Shown: positions 61,548 through 64,000 of the stretch, one piece after another
How the letters are laid out: the number at the start of each line of letters is the position of its first letter
How positions within the stretch are numbered: position 1 is the first letter of the stretch
Notes under the pieces: model-generated
The model's database searches: none
Told to the model about the DNA's origin: nothing
Seen by the model: the letters and a program-made list of their open reading frames with translations, nothing else
Translations under genes and position numbers: made by a program
Assembly (NCBI GenBank): GCA_976226885.1
Contig: OZ320315.1
Location: 66,836,001 to 66,900,000, forward strand
Source of the DNA: Iphione sp. A-MEVVRFRX5
Lineage: Eukaryota
DNA: 64,000 bases
Direction of reading: 5' to 3'

Positions 61548-62110
61548 AATGGACCCATCACCAGCGGTTGAAGTAACTGGTATCGTAATTTTGACTAATT
61601 GTGATGTTTTAATGAGAATGGACCAATCAGATGGCTTGAAATTGCGACATTTTTGTGGCAAGTAAAAGTTACGTCCACAATACCAGTTCCTTCAACCACT
61701 GGCGATTGGTCCATTGTCCCTTTCTCATGCCAATTTCTACTACTAATAAACCATCACACATATACATATACCTTACTTATGTATCTATATGCCTTTTCCA
61801 TGCACTTCTACTCTAAACATGGATACATGTTCCATGACAAAGAAATGGTATCCAGTCTAAAACATGGTCTGTGCTTTCCCCTCAGAAATACAGGCACATA
61901 GAAACACTGCACAGTTAATAAAAAAATATGCACCAAAATATGTAAACATGTATGGAAGCATAGAAATCCACCAATCACCAGCAGTTGAAGAACCGGGTAT
62001 TGTGGATGTAACTTTTACTTAATTGAGACATTGTTCCATTTTTAAGCAACCTGATTGGTTGGTTCTCATTATGATGTCACAATTAGTAAAAATGATGTCC
62101 ACAGTACCAG
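61548..62110. repeat. Two inverted copies of a palindromic element of about 165 bp
   Basis: Copy A 61548-61715 is self-complementary at its ends (atggacccatcaccagcggttgaag / cttcaaccactggcgattggtccat). Copy B 61969-62110 is its diverged reverse complement. Confidence 0.75.
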
Positions 62111-62534
62111 GGTACCGGGGGTACCTGTTTCTTTGACCTTTCGCGATTGGTCCATTAAGCAAGTCAGATGTAAGTCCTGTGGGTGTTACTGCATAGAAGA
62201 TAACAAGCAAGTGTACCTTTGAAATCTATTTTCCCCCAACCTCTGCCACCAATAATCAAAATTACATAATGAATGATGTATCAGAGTGCACACAGCTGGC
62301 CAGCACAATGCACACTCTACTCAATTAATTATACATGTGTGTTGTTCCATAGAATACATTTCAATACCAGTACAATGATTTAGAAAAAGTAGAGTAACAT
62401 ATTTAAAAAAAAAGTTCATTTGATACAGTGGTTTGGTAGATATAATACCAACAATGTTGTGTCAGAAGGTTGAATGGTTGGACAGCAATGTTCCTATGTC
62501 TCCTCCTCCCCATAAGCATAAGGTGGGGGACAAG

Positions 62535-62825
62535 CCCGGTCCCCGCACTGTTGTTCCTACTGGGTATGCACCCTCGTTCTTAAAATCATGAAAAAAGGGG
62601 TGTTCTTTCATGACTTTGTATGTCCCTGATTCTTGAAAAAAGGGTTGCTTTTCTCTGTTTCTAGGCTTTTTCACAGAGAAAGGGGTATTTTCCCCTTAGT
62701 CTTTGGTATTTTTCGAGGAGAAAGGGGTGTTTTTTTTTCAGCTATAAGTCAGTGAAAAGGGGTTTTTTTGGATGCTGTAGAACGAGCCTATGTCCTACCT
62801 TTTATACATGAGTGCAGGGACCGGG
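62535..62825. mobile_element. Short TIR element (MITE-like)
   Basis: CCCGGTCCCCGCACT (62535-62549) and AGTGCAGGGACCGGG (62811-62825) match 14/15 as inverted repeats; internal aaagggg/tttttc repeats. No clear TSD. Confidence 0.55.
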
Positions 62826-63568
62826 GGGACAAGTAAAGAAAAAGGGTTGTATAGCTTAAAACATTGGCTAGACTACGGGAAAACTGACGCCGCTTTTCAA
62901 GTTCAAAAATCTGTTGAAGTAGAAGAATAGTATATCAGAACGCTTTGAGTATCCTTTTATAACTGTTTATCACAACACTGGACAAGCAGCCAGGCCCATG
63001 TGTGCAACTAAACTAAACTAATGCCCAGTTTCTAGGAAATTTTACTTAAAAACGTCCCAAAAACTGGGCATAAGTCCACTAGAAGGCGGGATCAGCTACA
63101 CGGGGCTCCGTCTGTGGTGCCCTCTGATGGTTTACGGTTACATCAAATAGCAGACGACATGCTTCTGCCTAACTGTTGTTTCGATGAAAGTACTCAGCTA
63201 CGAGTGTTATGGGATCGTGACACAATTTGCACCATTCTAGCGCCATCACATAATATACGGATATTCATCAGAGATACTCTGTCCGTTTATTTGGTGATTT
63301 CAATTCTGCGAGATCCTTGATCCTTGTTGGAAGGCTCCTCAGGTTCTCGCGAGATCCACGTCCGAATCCCGAGATTGTTTATGGCTGATATACAAGTGGT
63401 CTGAACTTTGTTAACATGAACTTTTCAGCATTTTCCTCTATGGATATGCTGACTTTAATCAGGTAAACCAGTGCATTTCGCGTGTGGAGTATTTGCACTG
63501 AGGATATTGTGCGTTTTTGGAATGTAAAGCTACGTACTGACCAAATCGGACCAAGTAAACGTCAAGCT

Positions 63569-63655
63569 ATGGCGGTCGATTTGGATCCCGGACTCATGGA
63601 AGAGTTACATGAACTGGCTAATGATCGCTTTGAGACAGACGTGAACAGTTTCAAG
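63569..63655 (+). CDS. PPP4R4: Serine/threonine-protein phosphatase 4 regulatory subunit 4, coding exon 1
   Basis: gctATGG start, MAVDLDPGLMEELHELANDRFETDVNSFK, donor AAG|gtacgt (phase 0). MEELHEL parallels human MEDLQEL. Confidence 0.8.
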
Positions 63656-63753
63656 GTACGTCCCACAGCCATTATTGACTCACAATTGATGTCATAGTCC
63701 CAGTATAACATGAGCTGACACTGTTTTGAAAAAAATATATTTTTATATTTTAG

Positions 63754-63827
63754 TCCGCTGAAGAAATAGAACGACTGACTGTAGATGAACACCTTGGAGA
63801 TATTGAACGAGCTGTATATCTGTTAAG
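63754..63827 (+). CDS. PPP4R4: PPP4R4 coding exon 2; the gene continues beyond the window
   Basis: Acceptor tttatattttag. 74 nt reading SAEEIERLTVDEHLGDIERAVYLL(S), donor gtaagt. Closely matches human PPP4R4 TPEEIERLTVDEDLSDIERAVYLLS as recalled. Confidence 0.92.
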
Positions 63828-64000
63828 GTAAGTTAATTCTTAGTACCCACATTAACAAGTTCCACAACAAAGATCGATACGTGCATTCAAGATGCGTACT
63901 TTTTGTGCGTATAAGCGTCCATGCACAAAAAATGCGTGCAAACTACTGTAAGTTTGGTGCCTTCATTGTGTCTTTTGCAGTGATCCACCACATTGCTACG

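Noticed and set aside
1-64000. CRISPR arrays, rRNA genes or prokaryotic operons
   Set aside because: The sequence is eukaryotic with spliceosomal introns; the tandem arrays have no unique spacers and no rRNA-like sequence was seen.

Overview
AT-rich, transposon-dense eukaryotic DNA with spliceosomal introns, most likely from a non-vertebrate bilaterian animal (species not identifiable from sequence alone). Two host genes are recognisable: an intact three-exon glycoprotein hormone alpha-2 gene (GPA2, minus strand, 7392-10021) and the first two coding exons of PPP4R4 (plus strand, 63569-63827). A few weaker candidate exons could not be assigned. The main feature is a very young Neptune-type Penelope-like retroelement (PLE, about 44263-50585, minus strand) inserted with a target-site duplication (TSD) into a dead CR1/L2-like LINE. 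It has three unusual properties. (i) Each pseudo-LTR (pLTR) holds a complete hammerhead ribozyme whose catalytic core and cleavage site are separated by a 267-nt structured insert in loop III. (ii) A hidden basic RS-rich plus coiled-coil reading frame overlaps the long ORF and contains an in-phase A_AAU_UUC -1 slippery heptamer, suggesting gag-pol-like ORF1/RT expression masked here by a C8 run. (iii) The upstream partial copy has twin-priming geometry and creates a stand-alone GIY-YIG ORF. The window also has a decayed intron-containing Crypton (tyrosine recombinase) element with hairpin termini, several MITE families, tRNA-derived SINEs, LINE fossils, tandem arrays and one assembly gap. All calls were made by eye; no searches or folding programs were run.
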